Positions 11,230 through 20,346 of a stretch of DNA of 64,000 nt are shown one piece after another. Both the position numbers and the translations under genes were made by a program. Each line of letters starts with the position of its first letter. Positions within the stretch are counted from its first letter, which is position 1. The notes under the pieces were generated by a model, which was not told where the DNA came from, ran no database searches, and worked only from the letters and a program-made list of their open reading frames with translations. Origin of the DNA: Spirochaetia bacterium (lineage in GTDB: Bacteria; Spirochaetota; Spirochaetia; DSM-16054; Sediminispirochaetaceae); assembly GCA_034520965.1 (NCBI GenBank), contig JAXHMY010000001.1, positions 832,001 through 896,000 on the forward strand. The letters run 5' to 3'.

Positions 11230-11322
11230 CTTTAACTTCCCGCGAGTACCCGAAGTTGGCGACCGACGGGAACCAATTTGGGCGAAGGCCGAATGGCCGT
11301 AGTCAGATACTCGCTGTTATCT
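11230..11322 (-). repeat. attC-like site (most distal)
   Basis: CTTTAAC...GCGAGTA/TACTCGC stem...GTTATCT. Confidence 0.85.
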
Positions 11323-11329
11323 GCTGTGC

Positions 11330-11589
11330 CTATTTTTTCCATTCTGCATAATGATCTGTGTATGTATCTAAAACTTTACGAATCATTTGTTGATATGGAA
11401 TATGTGTTTCTTCCGAGATTCGTTTGAAGAAATCAATGCTTTTTTTTGAAAGTGAGATGGTTACCTTCTTTGTCTCTTCTTTTGGTATTAACAACTCTGG
11501 TGGGGGAGTACATTTTCAATCTCGTTAGCTTCTAACAATGCTTCTCGTATGTCTTCCGGTGCCTCTTCATATTTAAAATTTTTCTTCAT
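11330..11589 (-). pseudogene. CopG/BrnA-like antitoxin, frameshifted in a C-run near 11500
   Basis: Hand translation: MKKNFKYEEAPEDI...KVTISLSKKSIDFFK...IPYQQMIRKVLD. Confidence 0.6.
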
Positions 11590-11843
11590 ACCGCTGTTTT
11601 CCTTCACGCCAATATCCGGCGCCAACCAATCTTATAGCATTCTTTCGTATTGTAAACCTTACAGTGACGATTCCAGATTCAATTTTCCCAATACAAAAGA
11701 ACCTATCTTCATCGATACTATGCTTTTTATCTTCTAAAATTATCCTTTTAGAATCTAAAAAAGCAAATTGTGCTTCTTCGAATGAGATATTGTGTTTCTC
11801 TTTGTTAAGTACATTCTTATTCTCATCCCATATAAAGGCTCAT
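11575..11843 (-). pseudogene. BrnT-family toxin, start out of frame by one base
   Basis: Hand translation: FIWDENKNVLNKEKHNISFEEA...DKKHSIDEDRF...RLVGAGYWR; coordinates approximate. Confidence 0.65.
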
Positions 11844-11894
11844 AGACATACACGACCTACTAACGACATTATATACAAGAAAATGGGCATTGCA

Positions 11895-11983
11895 GACAGA
11901 CGTCTGCGAGTACCCGGAGTTGGCGAATGCAGAATGTGCCGAAGGCCAAGGCCGAAGCTCGCCGCATATACGCCCTGTTATCG
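11895..11983 (-). repeat. attC-like site with degenerate crossover core
   Basis: Family body and GTTATCG end present, but CAGAC replaces TAAC. Confidence 0.7.
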
Positions 11984-11996
11984 GAAGTTTGGACGA

Positions 11997-12290
11997 TCAC
12001 GAGACTTTCATCCTTTGGATTCCACTCAATTCATCTCCAATTTTTGACCGCTCTTCTTCAAGATCATAATCATCTTGAAGCCCCAACCAGAATTGTGCAG
12101 AATTGCCAAAAAACTCAGAAAGCCTCAAGGCTGTATCTGCTGTTATTCTGCGTCGGCCTTGTAGTATCTGTGAAATTCGTGTTTGTGGTATTTTTATTTC
12201 TTTTGCTAACCTGTATGCAGTAATACCAAATGGTTCAAGAAATTCTTCCTGTAATATTTCTCCCGGGTGTATATTTCGTAACCTATCCAT
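11997..12290 (-). CDS. higA: HigA-family antitoxin
   Basis: HPGEILQEEFL, ITADTALRL, FWLGLQ. Confidence 0.9.
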   Translation of the reverse strand: MDRLRNIHPGEILQEEFLEPFGITAYRLAKEIKIPQTRISQILQGRRRITADTALRLSEFFGNSAQFWLGLQDDYDLEEERSKIGDELSGIQRMKVS

Positions 12291-12302
12291 AATTATCTCC
12301 TA

Positions 12303-12584
12303 TTAATGGTAATCCACAATTTCTACGTTCAATGCATTTCCATTTTGCCATTGAAAACATATCCTCCATTGTGAATTGATTCTAATGCTGTAAAGCCCTT
12401 CTCTGTCTCCTTTTAAGGATTCCAATCTATTATTGGGAGGAATCCTTAAATCATTAAGATCTTGTGCATTGTTCAACATTCTCAGTTTTTTTCTGGCTGG
12501 ATTTTGAATATCTATTGGTAGCTTCAATGATGTATTTCCATTCCAGATCTTTTCTGTTTCTTTAGATCTGAATCCGATGATCAT
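12303..12584 (-). CDS. higB: HigB (plasmid killer RelE-like) toxin
   Basis: LRIPPNNRLESLKGDREGLYSIRINSQWRICF...EIVDYH. Confidence 0.9.
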   Translation of the reverse strand: MIIGFRSKETEKIWNGNTSLKLPIDIQNPARKKLRMLNNAQDLNDLRIPPNNRLESLKGDREGLYSIRINSQWRICFQWQNGNALNVEIVDYH

Positions 12585-12591
12585 ACTTAGA

Positions 12592-12620
12592 ATACTAACG
12601 GCTTGTGATAGTATTGTCAA
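12592..12620 (-). promoter_or_regulatory. Sigma70-type promoter of higBA cassette
   Basis: TTGACA-N17-TAGTAT, 7 nt before ATG. Confidence 0.65.
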
Positions 12621-12658
12621 GTAATATTATCGTAATCATTGCTTCGTCCGAATTTCCG

Positions 12659-12749
12659 AAGTAACGTTTTGCCGTGTAGCCGAAAGTTGGCGACCAATGA
12701 GAGCCAATTTTGGCGGAGCATAGCGGAGGCCGGGTACTCGTTGTTATGT
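12659..12749 (-). repeat. attC-like site
   Basis: GTAAC...CGGGTACTCG...GTTATGT; vapC stop lies in the core. Confidence 0.85.
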
Positions 12750-13157
12750 GATGTTTGGCTCAACAATCCAGTTTTCAATTTTTATTTCCGGTACCCTTTC
12801 GAATTCCTTTACATTATTTGTAACTATGCAAAGGTCTCTTGAAATACATTGAGCTGCTATCTGTAGATCGTATGGACCTATTGGTGTTCCTTTTTTATTC
12901 AAATGAACCCTAAGAAATCCAAAATTTTCGCAATCCTTTTCTGAAAAAGGAATTATTTCAAAAGGAGTAAGAAACTCCAATAATGTATCTCTATTATTCT
13001 TTGGATAGAAGCTTTTGGCAATTCCATATTCCAGTTCTGCTACAGTAACTGCAGATATGGCAATATTAAAGGTGTCCTTTTCTAAAACTTTTTCAATTAA
13101 AGTAGGATACTTCTTTTTTATTAAGTAGATGCATATGTTGGTATCAAGAAGATACAT
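12744..13157 (-). CDS. vapC: VapC PIN-domain toxin
   Basis: YLLDTNICIY, IGPYDLQIAA, VTNNVKEF. Confidence 0.92.
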   Translation of the reverse strand: MYLLDTNICIYLIKKKYPTLIEKVLEKDTFNIAISAVTVAELEYGIAKSFYPKNNRDTLLEFLTPFEIIPFSEKDCENFGFLRVHLNKKGTPIGPYDLQIAAQCISRDLCIVTNNVKEFERVPEIKIENWIVEPNIT

Positions 13158-13387
13158 TAGAAAAAATCCCTTTCCTGCTGTTCCGGTTGTTCTCTTCCAT
13201 TTTTAAAAACATCATCAGAAAACTTATCCAGACTTTCTTCAAATGTTCTCCACAAGTCGTCTTTTGATGTGAGAATAATTGATTTGCCAACTTTTTGAAT
13301 ATATAGTTCTTTCTCATCAATAAAAAATTCTTTGGGTATACGTATAGCTTGGCTGTTTCCGCTTTTAAATACTTTAACCGTTTGCAT
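13157..13387 (-). CDS. vapB: VapB (AbrB-type) antitoxin
   Basis: KVFKSGNSQAIRIPKEF; GGAGG RBS. Confidence 0.9.
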   Translation of the reverse strand: MQTVKVFKSGNSQAIRIPKEFFIDEKELYIQKVGKSIILTSKDDLWRTFEESLDKFSDDVFKNGREQPEQQERDFF

Positions 13388-13446
13388 ATTGTCCTCCTTC
13401 ATAGAGGTATATACTTGTGTGTATACATTGTCAAGAGCCAAATATC

Positions 13447-13540
13447 ACGTAACGTTCCCGGGGTTTATGACATTTGCCCGCAGGGCAAATGTGCCAAAGG
13501 CCAAGGAGCGGTGCAACGCCGCATATACCCCGTGTTATTC
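13447..13540 (-). repeat. attC-like site (variant stem)
   Basis: ACGTAAC-GTTCC-CGGGGTTTATG...CATATACCCCG-T-GTTATTC. Confidence 0.85.
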
Positions 13541-13554
13541 GCTGTTTTTATTCT

Positions 13555-13836
13555 TTAGTATGCTTTGTCTCTTTGTTCCATGGACGTTATAGAAACTATT
13601 TGTATTGAGTCATCAATGATATAAAAAACTCGATAATCTCCTACCCGATAGCGCCAAGTTTCAGGAGACCAATTTCGAAGTTTTTTAATGTTTTTTCCAT
13701 AATACGGATTAACACGTAATTGGGGATAAACATAATTATGAATTTTCTGATATCTAGAATCAGTTTCCTTAATCCTGAGTCTCTTTAAATCCTTAAGGAA
13801 CTGATCAGTTTCAAAGATTTTAAATAAATCAGGCAA
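13555..13836 (-). CDS. RelE/ParE-family toxin (probable TTG start)
   Basis: IKKL...WRYRVGDYRVFY...RDKAY; overlaps antitoxin stop. Confidence 0.8.
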   Translation of the reverse strand: MPDLFKIFETDQFLKDLKRLRIKETDSRYQKIHNYVYPQLRVNPYYGKNIKKLRNWSPETWRYRVGDYRVFYIIDDSIQIVSITSMEQRDKAY

Positions 13837-14068
13837 ATCGGCCTCTACCTTTTGAGGCATCAATCGCACCTTGTTTTAAGCGATCAACCAATTCTGGGTT
13901 ACCTGAAATGCTTTCCATTTCGAATTCATCAACATAGTCAACTTCATCTATATATCGCTTGGTAGCAGTTTCGATGAAGTTTGAAATAGATCGATTTTCT
14001 GCTGCAGCATGAATCTTCAGAGATTGATATAATGTGTTATCTACCCTTAATGAAATAGTTTTAGACAT
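13829..14068 (-). CDS. Ribbon-helix-helix (CopG-like) antitoxin
   Basis: SKTISLRVD...AENRSISNFIE. Confidence 0.8.
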   Translation of the reverse strand: MSKTISLRVDNTLYQSLKIHAAAENRSISNFIETATKRYIDEVDYVDEFEMESISGNPELVDRLKQGAIDASKGRGRFA

Positions 14069-14147
14069 AGTTAACCTCCGTATACAATGTATTCTTATGT
14101 AATTAATTTAATTCAAAAAAGAAAAAAATGTCAAGAATAAAAATAAC

Positions 14148-14240
14148 GCATAACGTTTCGCGAGTACCCGAAGTTGGCGACCAACGGGAACCAATTTGGG
14201 CGAAGGCCGAATGGCCGGAGCCGGGTACTCGCTGTTATCG
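14148..14240 (-). repeat. attC-like site
   Basis: GCATAAC...GCGAGTACCCG/CGGGTACTCGC...GTTATCG. Confidence 0.9.
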
Positions 14241-14265
14241 GAAGGTTTTGGTGGTTCATTTCAAC

Positions 14266-14664
14266 TTACATAAGCGCTATCTTAATCTTCTTTCCTAAAG
14301 CCTTTGCTACTTTTTCTATTGTTGATAGTTTAATATCCTCCGAATGATTTTCCATCCTCGATATAACACTTTTTGTTGTATTAATTCTATTTGCTAACTC
14401 TTCACCGGATATTCCTTCATTTTTTATTCTTTTATCTACGTAATCATTGAGATTCATGTTTTTTCCTCCTAAAATAGTCTGTCTTATAAGTTTCAGCTTT
14501 TTTTATTTCATTTCGAGATGTCTTTTGTGTTTTCTTAATAATTCCAAGTGTTATTACAATCAGATTATTCTTAACCCAAAAACTGAACAACCTGTAAATG
14601 TTTGTATTAACCTTTATTCTTACTTCCCAAATTCCATCAGTTGATGCCAATTTCTTCTATTATT
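14266..14664 (-). pseudogene. Decayed copy of the Gp49-like toxin / HTH antitoxin cassette
   Basis: Near-identical to 19655-20165 but toxin 5' end lost and antitoxin has an 81-bp in-frame deletion. Confidence 0.85.
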
Positions 14665-14709
14665 GATTTGTTCTTTTCTGTGTGTTCTGTGCATTTCGTG
14701 GTTCTTTCT

Positions 14710-15315
14710 TCACAGCTCATCGGTCTTAAATTCGCTGTAGCCTTCATAGAAATAGCTGACATCGATGCCTTTCATAAACAGGGAGTGGTCATCAATCTGA
14801 TCGGTCAATGCGCTTTTTAACAGTTCTTTGATTTCCACATCTTTGACCGGACTGCGCTCCATGGCAGACAGGTATTCCTCTTTATCGACCTGGTTCCAGT
14901 CGATGACCTTCCGAATCTCTTTTTTCAGGATGAGATCTAACCAGATGCGGGTAGCGCGGCCGTTACCTTCCCGAAAGGGATGGGCAATGTTCATCTCGAC
15001 ATATTTTTCGATTATCTCATCAAAGTTGCTCTGCGGCATGGTCTCGATGTGTTTGAGCGAGTGTTCCAGATACATAATCGGCGCAAAACGGAAATTGCCT
15101 TTGGTGATATTCACGTCACGGATACTGCCGGCAAAATCATAAATCTCACCAAACAGATAGGTATGAATGAAGGCCAGTCCTTTAAAGGTGCCGACATTTA
15201 CTTGTTGAATGTCGCCCGACTCAAACAGTTGCTTGGCTTTTTGTTTGCTGATCTTTTCTTCGGCTTTGGCCAGCTCAATTTGATCGGTGATGCCCAGTTT
15301 GTTTTCCAGAATCAT
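14710..15315 (-). CDS. fic: Fic-family protein adenylyltransferase
   Basis: HPFREGNGR catalytic motif. Confidence 0.92.
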   Translation of the reverse strand: MILENKLGITDQIELAKAEEKISKQKAKQLFESGDIQQVNVGTFKGLAFIHTYLFGEIYDFAGSIRDVNITKGNFRFAPIMYLEHSLKHIETMPQSNFDEIIEKYVEMNIAHPFREGNGRATRIWLDLILKKEIRKVIDWNQVDKEEYLSAMERSPVKDVEIKELLKSALTDQIDDHSLFMKGIDVSYFYEGYSEFKTDEL

Positions 15316-15411
15316 ATCTTACCTTTTTTTTTAACTACGGAATACACAGAATACACTAAAAGCTTTTTAATAAAACTCTTCTTCCGTGTTTTCAATGTGT
15401 TCTGTGGTTTA

Positions 15412-15663
15412 CTATTCTTCTTTCTCATGCGTCACCGCCTTTTTTACGGCTCTCTTTTTTGGCCTGTTTTCCAGTGCGGCGATGGTTTCAAGGTAGTCTT
15501 TTTCCACGTTTACCAGCGTTTTTCCTTTGGGAGTCTGAAAGAGCTTGACAATCTGACCCTGGGTCAGGTAGATGGGTTCGTTCTGCAGGATAGTGTCTAC
15601 TTTTATATCACCTTCAGGAGTTGTGTAGACGATTATTTGGTATTGTTTAGACTCTTTCTTCAT
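15412..15663 (-). pseudogene. Truncated RhuM-like protein
   Basis: N-terminus aligns with RhuM at 7292 (IKVDTILQNEPIYLTQGQ vs IKIDTVFQNETIWLTQAQ). Confidence 0.65.
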
Positions 15664-15698
15664 GCTATTTTTCTCCCATCATCTTGGTGCGGTATTGC

Positions 15699-15786
15699 CT
15701 ATAACGTTCCGCGTGTAGCCAAAGTTGGCGCCCAACGGGAGCCTATTTTGGCGGAGCATAGCGGAACCAGCTATTTGCTGTTATCG
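15699..15786 (-). repeat. attC-like site
   Basis: CTATAAC...AAGTTGGCG family body...GTTATCG. Confidence 0.85.
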
Positions 15787-15804
15787 GTAGTATTTTCAAT
15801 TCTG

Positions 15805-16023
15805 TTACGCTTCTTTAATAATATCCTCAAATGAATGGAATTTTACTTTTCCTTTACTTTCAAGGGTTTCATATTTTTTTATCTCTTCCCTGTCAATAAT
15901 ATCTTCATACATATCATTCAACGATGTTTTTATTACAGTTGATTTATCTTTTTCTAAATAGTCAGTCAGAAAGAAAAGCATCTTTTCCTCTTCTTCGGTT
16001 AGTCTTATTGATACAACACTCAT
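15805..16023 (-). CDS. Putative RHH antitoxin
   Basis: SVVSIRLTEEE; coupled to upstream RelE-like toxin. Confidence 0.7.
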   Translation of the reverse strand: MSVVSIRLTEEEEKMLFFLTDYLEKDKSTVIKTSLNDMYEDIIDREEIKKYETLESKGKVKFHSFEDIIKEA

Positions 16024-16280
16024 TTATACACATCCTCCCTCTTGGAGATTTTTACTACGATAATATCATCTTCCTGGAAATAAAATATTGCTCGATATTT
16101 TCCTTTCCTTAATCTAAAATACTCACGTAATTCTGATCCTTGCAATCTTTTAATATCAAATAGGGTCAAATCTTTTGTGAGTTCTAGTGATTGAAAAGCA
16201 TGGTGCATATGCTCAAATATGTGCTTTGGAATCAATCCTCTTTTATATGCTTTTAAAACAGCATTTTCATATTTGATCAT
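16020..16280 (-). CDS. RelE-family toxin
   Basis: DIKRLQG...YFRLRKGKYRAIF...REDVYK. Confidence 0.8.
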   Translation of the reverse strand: MIKYENAVLKAYKRGLIPKHIFEHMHHAFQSLELTKDLTLFDIKRLQGSELREYFRLRKGKYRAIFYFQEDDIIVVKISKREDVYK

Positions 16281-16334
16281 GTAAACATTGTAATACAAAG
16301 TGTGAGTTTTATCAAGAAATCTTGAAAATATTTC

Positions 16335-16427
16335 CGATAACGTTCCGCGGCTATGCGAAGTTGGCGACCAACGGGAGCCAATTTGGGCGGAGGCTGAAGG
16401 GCCGTAGCCGGGTACTCGCTGTTATGT
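16335..16427 (-). repeat. attC-like site
   Basis: CGATAAC...CGGGTACTCGCT GTTATGT. Confidence 0.9.
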
Positions 16428-16441
16428 GATGTATCGTGATA

Positions 16442-16735
16442 CTATGAAGCTTTAACATGTGGGATCTTCTCTAATTCCTGTGCTATATGCTTCTTTTCTT
16501 CGCGTAAATCATACTCATCTTGTATCCCGAGCCAAAAATCCGCTGAATTACCAAAGTACTTGGAAAAGCGTAGGGCCGTATCAGCGGTGATCCTGCGATT
16601 GCCTTTAATAATTTGTGATATCCTCGTTGCCGGGACATTCGTATCCTTTGCCAGCCTGTAAGCTGTTATATTCATTGGTTTAAGAAACTCTTCCAATAAA
16701 ATTTCTCCCGGTGTAATTGTTGGTATCTTTTCCAT
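16442..16735 (-). CDS. higA: HigA-family antitoxin
   Basis: PGEILLEEFL, ITADTALRF, FWLGIQ. Confidence 0.9.
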   Translation of the reverse strand: MEKIPTITPGEILLEEFLKPMNITAYRLAKDTNVPATRISQIIKGNRRITADTALRFSKYFGNSADFWLGIQDEYDLREEKKHIAQELEKIPHVKAS

Positions 16736-16749
16736 GCTTTTACCCTCAG

Positions 16750-17031
16750 TTAATGATAATCTGTAATCTCAACTTCACTTGCAGCTCCATTATTCCAGTT
16801 GAAGCAGATCCTCCATTGATTATTTATTCTAATACTATATTGTCCTTTCCTATTCCCTGCTAATTGCTCCAATCTATTGCCAGGAGGGACCCTCAAATCG
16901 TTTAAATCTTTTGCTCTGTGCAATACAATCAGCTTCCTTAATGCAACTTTTTGCATTTCTTTGGGAAATCTCTTTGAATAGATTTCTTCCCATATTTTTT
17001 CGGTAGCCTTATCTTTGAATGATTCGATCAC
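16750..17031 (-). CDS. higB: HigB toxin (GTG start)
   Basis: LRVPPGNRLEQLAGNRKGQYSIRINNQWRICF...DYH. Confidence 0.9.
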   Translation of the reverse strand: MIESFKDKATEKIWEEIYSKRFPKEMQKVALRKLIVLHRAKDLNDLRVPPGNRLEQLAGNRKGQYSIRINNQWRICFNWNNGAASEVEITDYH

Positions 17032-17096
17032 AACTTATATTAACCTATAACGTTAATAATGTAAAACGTTAATATTTCTTTCTATCTCGATATATA

Positions 17097-17189
17097 ACAT
17101 AACGTCCCGCGAGTACCCGAAGTTGGCGAACAACGGGAGCCAATTTGAGCGGAGGCCGAAGGGCCGTAGCCGGGTACTCGCTGTTAAGC
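17097..17189 (-). repeat. attC-like site
   Basis: ACATAAC GTCCC GCGAGTACCCG...CGGGTACTCGC T GTTAAGC. Confidence 0.92.
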
Positions 17190-17249
17190 GACGGGCCAAG
17201 CTCATCTATATATGTATCTACATTGCCGCACTCTTCATTAAAGACATTA

Positions 17250-18023
17250 TTATTCCTTGATTGCTCTGGTTGCAATAAAAGAGTTAATATACGAATCTAA
17301 CAGATCTCCACCAGAAGAGTCTTCATAGAATCCTTTAATGGTAAATCCAACATCAATCTGACCGCCGATTTGATCCTGTAATGAATGTCCGAATTCTAGT
17401 GTTTCCTTATTCGCAATCCTTAATTCCAGTTGTTCTTTCGGAAGGTGTTCTAAATCAGAATACGGAATCCTATGTCTTACTGTAAGATTTTGATTAACAT
17501 CCCATTCATGCATATCAAAAATATATGTTATTGGGTTTCCAAAGCCTGCTAATAATGGTCCGCCTTTCTTTAGAACTCTATAACACTCTTTCCATACTTT
17601 ATTTACGTCGTCTATGAAGCAATTTGATACTGGATGAAATATCAAATCAAAACTATCATCAGCAAACCTCGATAAATCACGCATATCTCCTTGTTCAATT
17701 GCAATTGACAATCTTTCTCTTGCCGCAACCATCTTGTCTCTTTCGAGTTGATACGGGCTATTGTCAAGCACTGTTACTTCTGCCCCTGTGGCTGCTGCTA
17801 AAACTGGTCCTTGTTGTCCACCACCTGATGCTAAACATAGTATTTTCTTTCCATCAAGTTTTGGAAACCAATCTGAAGGTACAGGTTTGGTTGGTGTAAG
17901 TACGACACTCCATTTCCCCTTTCTGGCTTCCTCTATTTGTTGTGAATTTACAGGTTTGGTCCAAATATTCCCATCTTCGACCTGCTTATTCCACGCCTCA
18001 CGATTGTGATCCAGTATTTCCAT
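17250..18023 (-). CDS. Class I SAM-dependent methyltransferase
   Basis: ILCLASGGGQQG motif I, VLDNS, GDMRDL, FDLIF. Confidence 0.88.
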   Translation of the reverse strand: MEILDHNREAWNKQVEDGNIWTKPVNSQQIEEARKGKWSVVLTPTKPVPSDWFPKLDGKKILCLASGGGQQGPVLAAATGAEVTVLDNSPYQLERDKMVAARERLSIAIEQGDMRDLSRFADDSFDLIFHPVSNCFIDDVNKVWKECYRVLKKGGPLLAGFGNPITYIFDMHEWDVNQNLTVRHRIPYSDLEHLPKEQLELRIANKETLEFGHSLQDQIGGQIDVGFTIKGFYEDSSGGDLLDSYINSFIATRAIKE

Positions 18024-18113
18024 AGATAATATCTCCTCGTTAATTTAAACTAAATGAAAAGAACTGTTCTATAAATTTCGATGTGAAGCCGGACTTATCA
18101 AGTATGGGCTATC

Positions 18114-18203
18114 GCCTAACGTTACAGAAATATACGAAGTCCGGCTACGCCGCATTTGCCGAAGGCCAAGCCCGTAGGGCGCAGCGCATATTTCTTGTTA
18201 TAA
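18114..18203 (-). repeat. attC-like site (variant stem)
   Basis: GCCTAAC-GTTAC-AGAAATAT...ATATTTCT-T-GTTATAA. Confidence 0.85.
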
Positions 18204-18209
18204 GACGTA

Positions 18210-18497
18210 TTACCTTTTTTGAGTGGTTAATGGGTCAGCTACAGTTTCAGAGTTCTCATAGATATTTTCCGGATCAATATCAATACAGTCATATGGATCA
18301 TAATTTCCAGAAAGATCCCAAGCAAGAGTATTATTCAAAACAGTACATTTGTTTTGAAAATCATCGATATTAGATATTCTAGAGAATACGCCTTTTCCTA
18401 GAAGCGGAGATACATCATATTTTTTTATAATCCCGTCGGAAAAGTAAACAAAAACAGTGAAATCTTTTTGAGGAAGTACTTGTACTACATCATGCAT
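18210..18497 (-). CDS. DUF2442-domain protein (putative antitoxin)
   Basis: VFVYFSDG...YDVSPLL...GVF...LAW...DIDPE. Confidence 0.8.
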   Translation of the reverse strand: MHDVVQVLPQKDFTVFVYFSDGIIKKYDVSPLLGKGVFSRISNIDDFQNKCTVLNNTLAWDLSGNYDPYDCIDIDPENIYENSETVADPLTTQKR

Positions 18498-18507
18498 ATT
18501 GATCTCC

Positions 18508-18768
18508 TTACGTTAAGGGCTCCATCCGATGGATTTCTCCATGTTGTTTTGCGGAATTTCAATTTTGTAAAAGCTCATTTTCATGTAATTCACACCATGC
18601 TAAAACTAGTTTTAATTGTCTAGATGGCAAAGAACCCTTGATAACAACTGCATCATTTATTGACACAAGAGCTTTTTCATTGCCCTATTGAGCATGGAAA
18701 TGAGGAGGTGTATGATCATCCCAATACATATAAATTTTTATTCCGAAAAACTCGCATACTAATGGCAT
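18508..18768 (-). pseudogene. DUF4160-domain protein with two in-frame stops
   Basis: MPLVCEFFGIKIYMYWDDHTPPHFHAQ*G...LLQN*NS. Confidence 0.8.
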
Positions 18769-18822
18769 GTAGACTCCTGTTGTCCATATTATACTAGAAA
18801 ATTTCAAAAAAGGTAATATGTC

Positions 18823-18840
18823 GTATAACTCCCATTAAAT
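18823..18840 (-). repeat. Collapsed 18-bp attC / attI-like junction
   Basis: GTATAAC-TCCC-ATTAAAT; no hairpin body. Confidence 0.6.
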
Positions 18841-18957
18841 GTAGTGCCAGGCATTCTTCTCAGCTCTCCCTAAAGTACACGGATGTACTTTAGGGAATTC
18901 CTTTTCAGCATTTTAAAACTATTAAACGAATATTTTCTGCCAAGTGTAATCCGGGCG

Positions 18958-19404
18958 CTAGACATGTTTTGCTACCTCGTTTTCTACATAGTGCTTAAAT
19001 TCTTTGTTCATATTCTGATATCCAACTGCAGTTTTTGTTATCATTTTTTGCATTAAAAGAATGATAGGGCCTTTAAATTTCTCTATCTGCCGAAATCTTG
19101 TAACCTTATCATCAATATATTCTAGTAAAAACTCATGCATTCCGTTATAGACGAATACCAAGAAGCTACCTCCCCATGATATTCTTTTATTTTGCTCTAT
19201 CTCGTAAATTTTAGGTTTAAAAAACATTTCCTTCATGCCGGGAGACACAACTTTTATAATCATTTTATTTCCAACTTTAAATTCACCTTGAACCATTGGT
19301 ATAAATGAATTCCAGTTCTCCCATGATTTAAAATCGATAAGCATATCCCACACTTCTGATATGGAGGCATTAATATTTATCCAAGAATTTAATTCCCTAT
19401 ACAA
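18958..19404 (-). CDS. SRPBCC/START-fold protein
   Basis: IWINASISEVWDMLIDFKSWENWNSFI, GMHEF, QIEKFKG. Confidence 0.85.
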   Translation of the reverse strand: MYRELNSWININASISEVWDMLIDFKSWENWNSFIPMVQGEFKVGNKMIIKVVSPGMKEMFFKPKIYEIEQNKRISWGGSFLVFVYNGMHEFLLEYIDDKVTRFRQIEKFKGPIILLMQKMITKTAVGYQNMNKEFKHYVENEVAKHV

Positions 19405-19536
19405 TTTGTCTTTCTTTAATAAAACCTTGCCTTCTCTATCTACACTTAAATCTATTGTATTAATTATTGGTCATCCCCTTTATCTTTCCTCGTCGAACCA
19501 TGGAGGGTTCAACACTGCAATTCCGTCTAGCATTAC

Positions 19537-19629
19537 ATTTAACGTCTCGCGAGTACGGAAGTTGGCGACCAACGGGAGCCAATTTAGGCGAAGGCGCTTG
19601 TCGCCGGAGCCGGGTACTCGCTGTTATCG
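19537..19629 (-). repeat. attC-like site
   Basis: ATTTAAC...family body...GTTATCG. Confidence 0.9.
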
Positions 19630-19654
19630 GAAGGTTTTGGTGGTTCATTTCAAC

Positions 19655-19927
19655 TTACATAAGCGCTATCTTAATCTTCTTTCCCAAAGCCTTTGCTACT
19701 TTTTCTATTGTTGATAGTTTGATATCCTCCGAATGATTTTCCATCCTCGATATGACACTTTTTGTTGTATTAATCCTATTTGCTAACTCTTCTTGTGTTA
19801 ACCCGTTTCTTTCTCTTGCTTCTTTTAAGAAAATCCCGATTTTATAATCCTCATAACCTTCCCAAAACTCTTCACCGGATATTCCTTCATTTTTTATTCT
19901 TTTATCTACGTAATCATTGAGGTTCAT
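19655..19927 (-). CDS. XRE-type HTH antitoxin
   Basis: LKEARERNGLTQEELA...SVISRMEN. Confidence 0.88.
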   Translation of the reverse strand: MNLNDYVDKRIKNEGISGEEFWEGYEDYKIGIFLKEARERNGLTQEELANRINTTKSVISRMENHSEDIKLSTIEKVAKALGKKIKIALM

Positions 19928-20276
19928 GTTTTTTCCTCCTAAAATAGTCTGTCTTATAAGTTTCAGCTTTCTTAATTTCATTTCGAGATGTCTTTTGTGT
20001 TTTCTTAATAATTCCATGTGTTATTACAATCAGATTATTCTTATCCCAAAAACTGAATAACCTGTAAATGTTTGTTCCAACCTTTATTCTTACTTCCCAA
20101 ATTCCATTAGTTGATGCCAACTTCTTGAAATAAGTTTTTGGTACAAAATCCATTTCTTCTATTATCTTTAATGTCCATGCAATCTTCTTCACTACACCCA
20201 TCTCGAGGCTATCAAGAAATTCCTCAACAGGACATTTTCCTTTATCAGTTGTATAGAAGATCACTTCTCTATGCAT
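19914..20276 (-). CDS. Gp49-like (DUF891) RelE-superfamily toxin
   Basis: GKCPVEEFL, IWEVRI, HGIIKKTQKT. Confidence 0.88.
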   Translation of the reverse strand: MHREVIFYTTDKGKCPVEEFLDSLEMGVVKKIAWTLKIIEEMDFVPKTYFKKLASTNGIWEVRIKVGTNIYRLFSFWDKNNLIVITHGIIKKTQKTSRNEIKKAETYKTDYFRRKKHEPQ

Positions 20277-20283
20277 AAGAGCA

Positions 20284-20303
20284 TGTTAGCATGCGTGCTA
20301 ACA
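20284..20303. promoter_or_regulatory. Palindromic operator overlapping TA promoter
   Basis: TGTTAGCA-N4-TGCTAACA within TTGAAT-N17-TAACAT; same at about 30790-30809. Confidence 0.65.
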
Positions 20304-20346
20304 ATATTCAAGACATTATTTTAAGCTATTTCCTACCAAAACTTTC

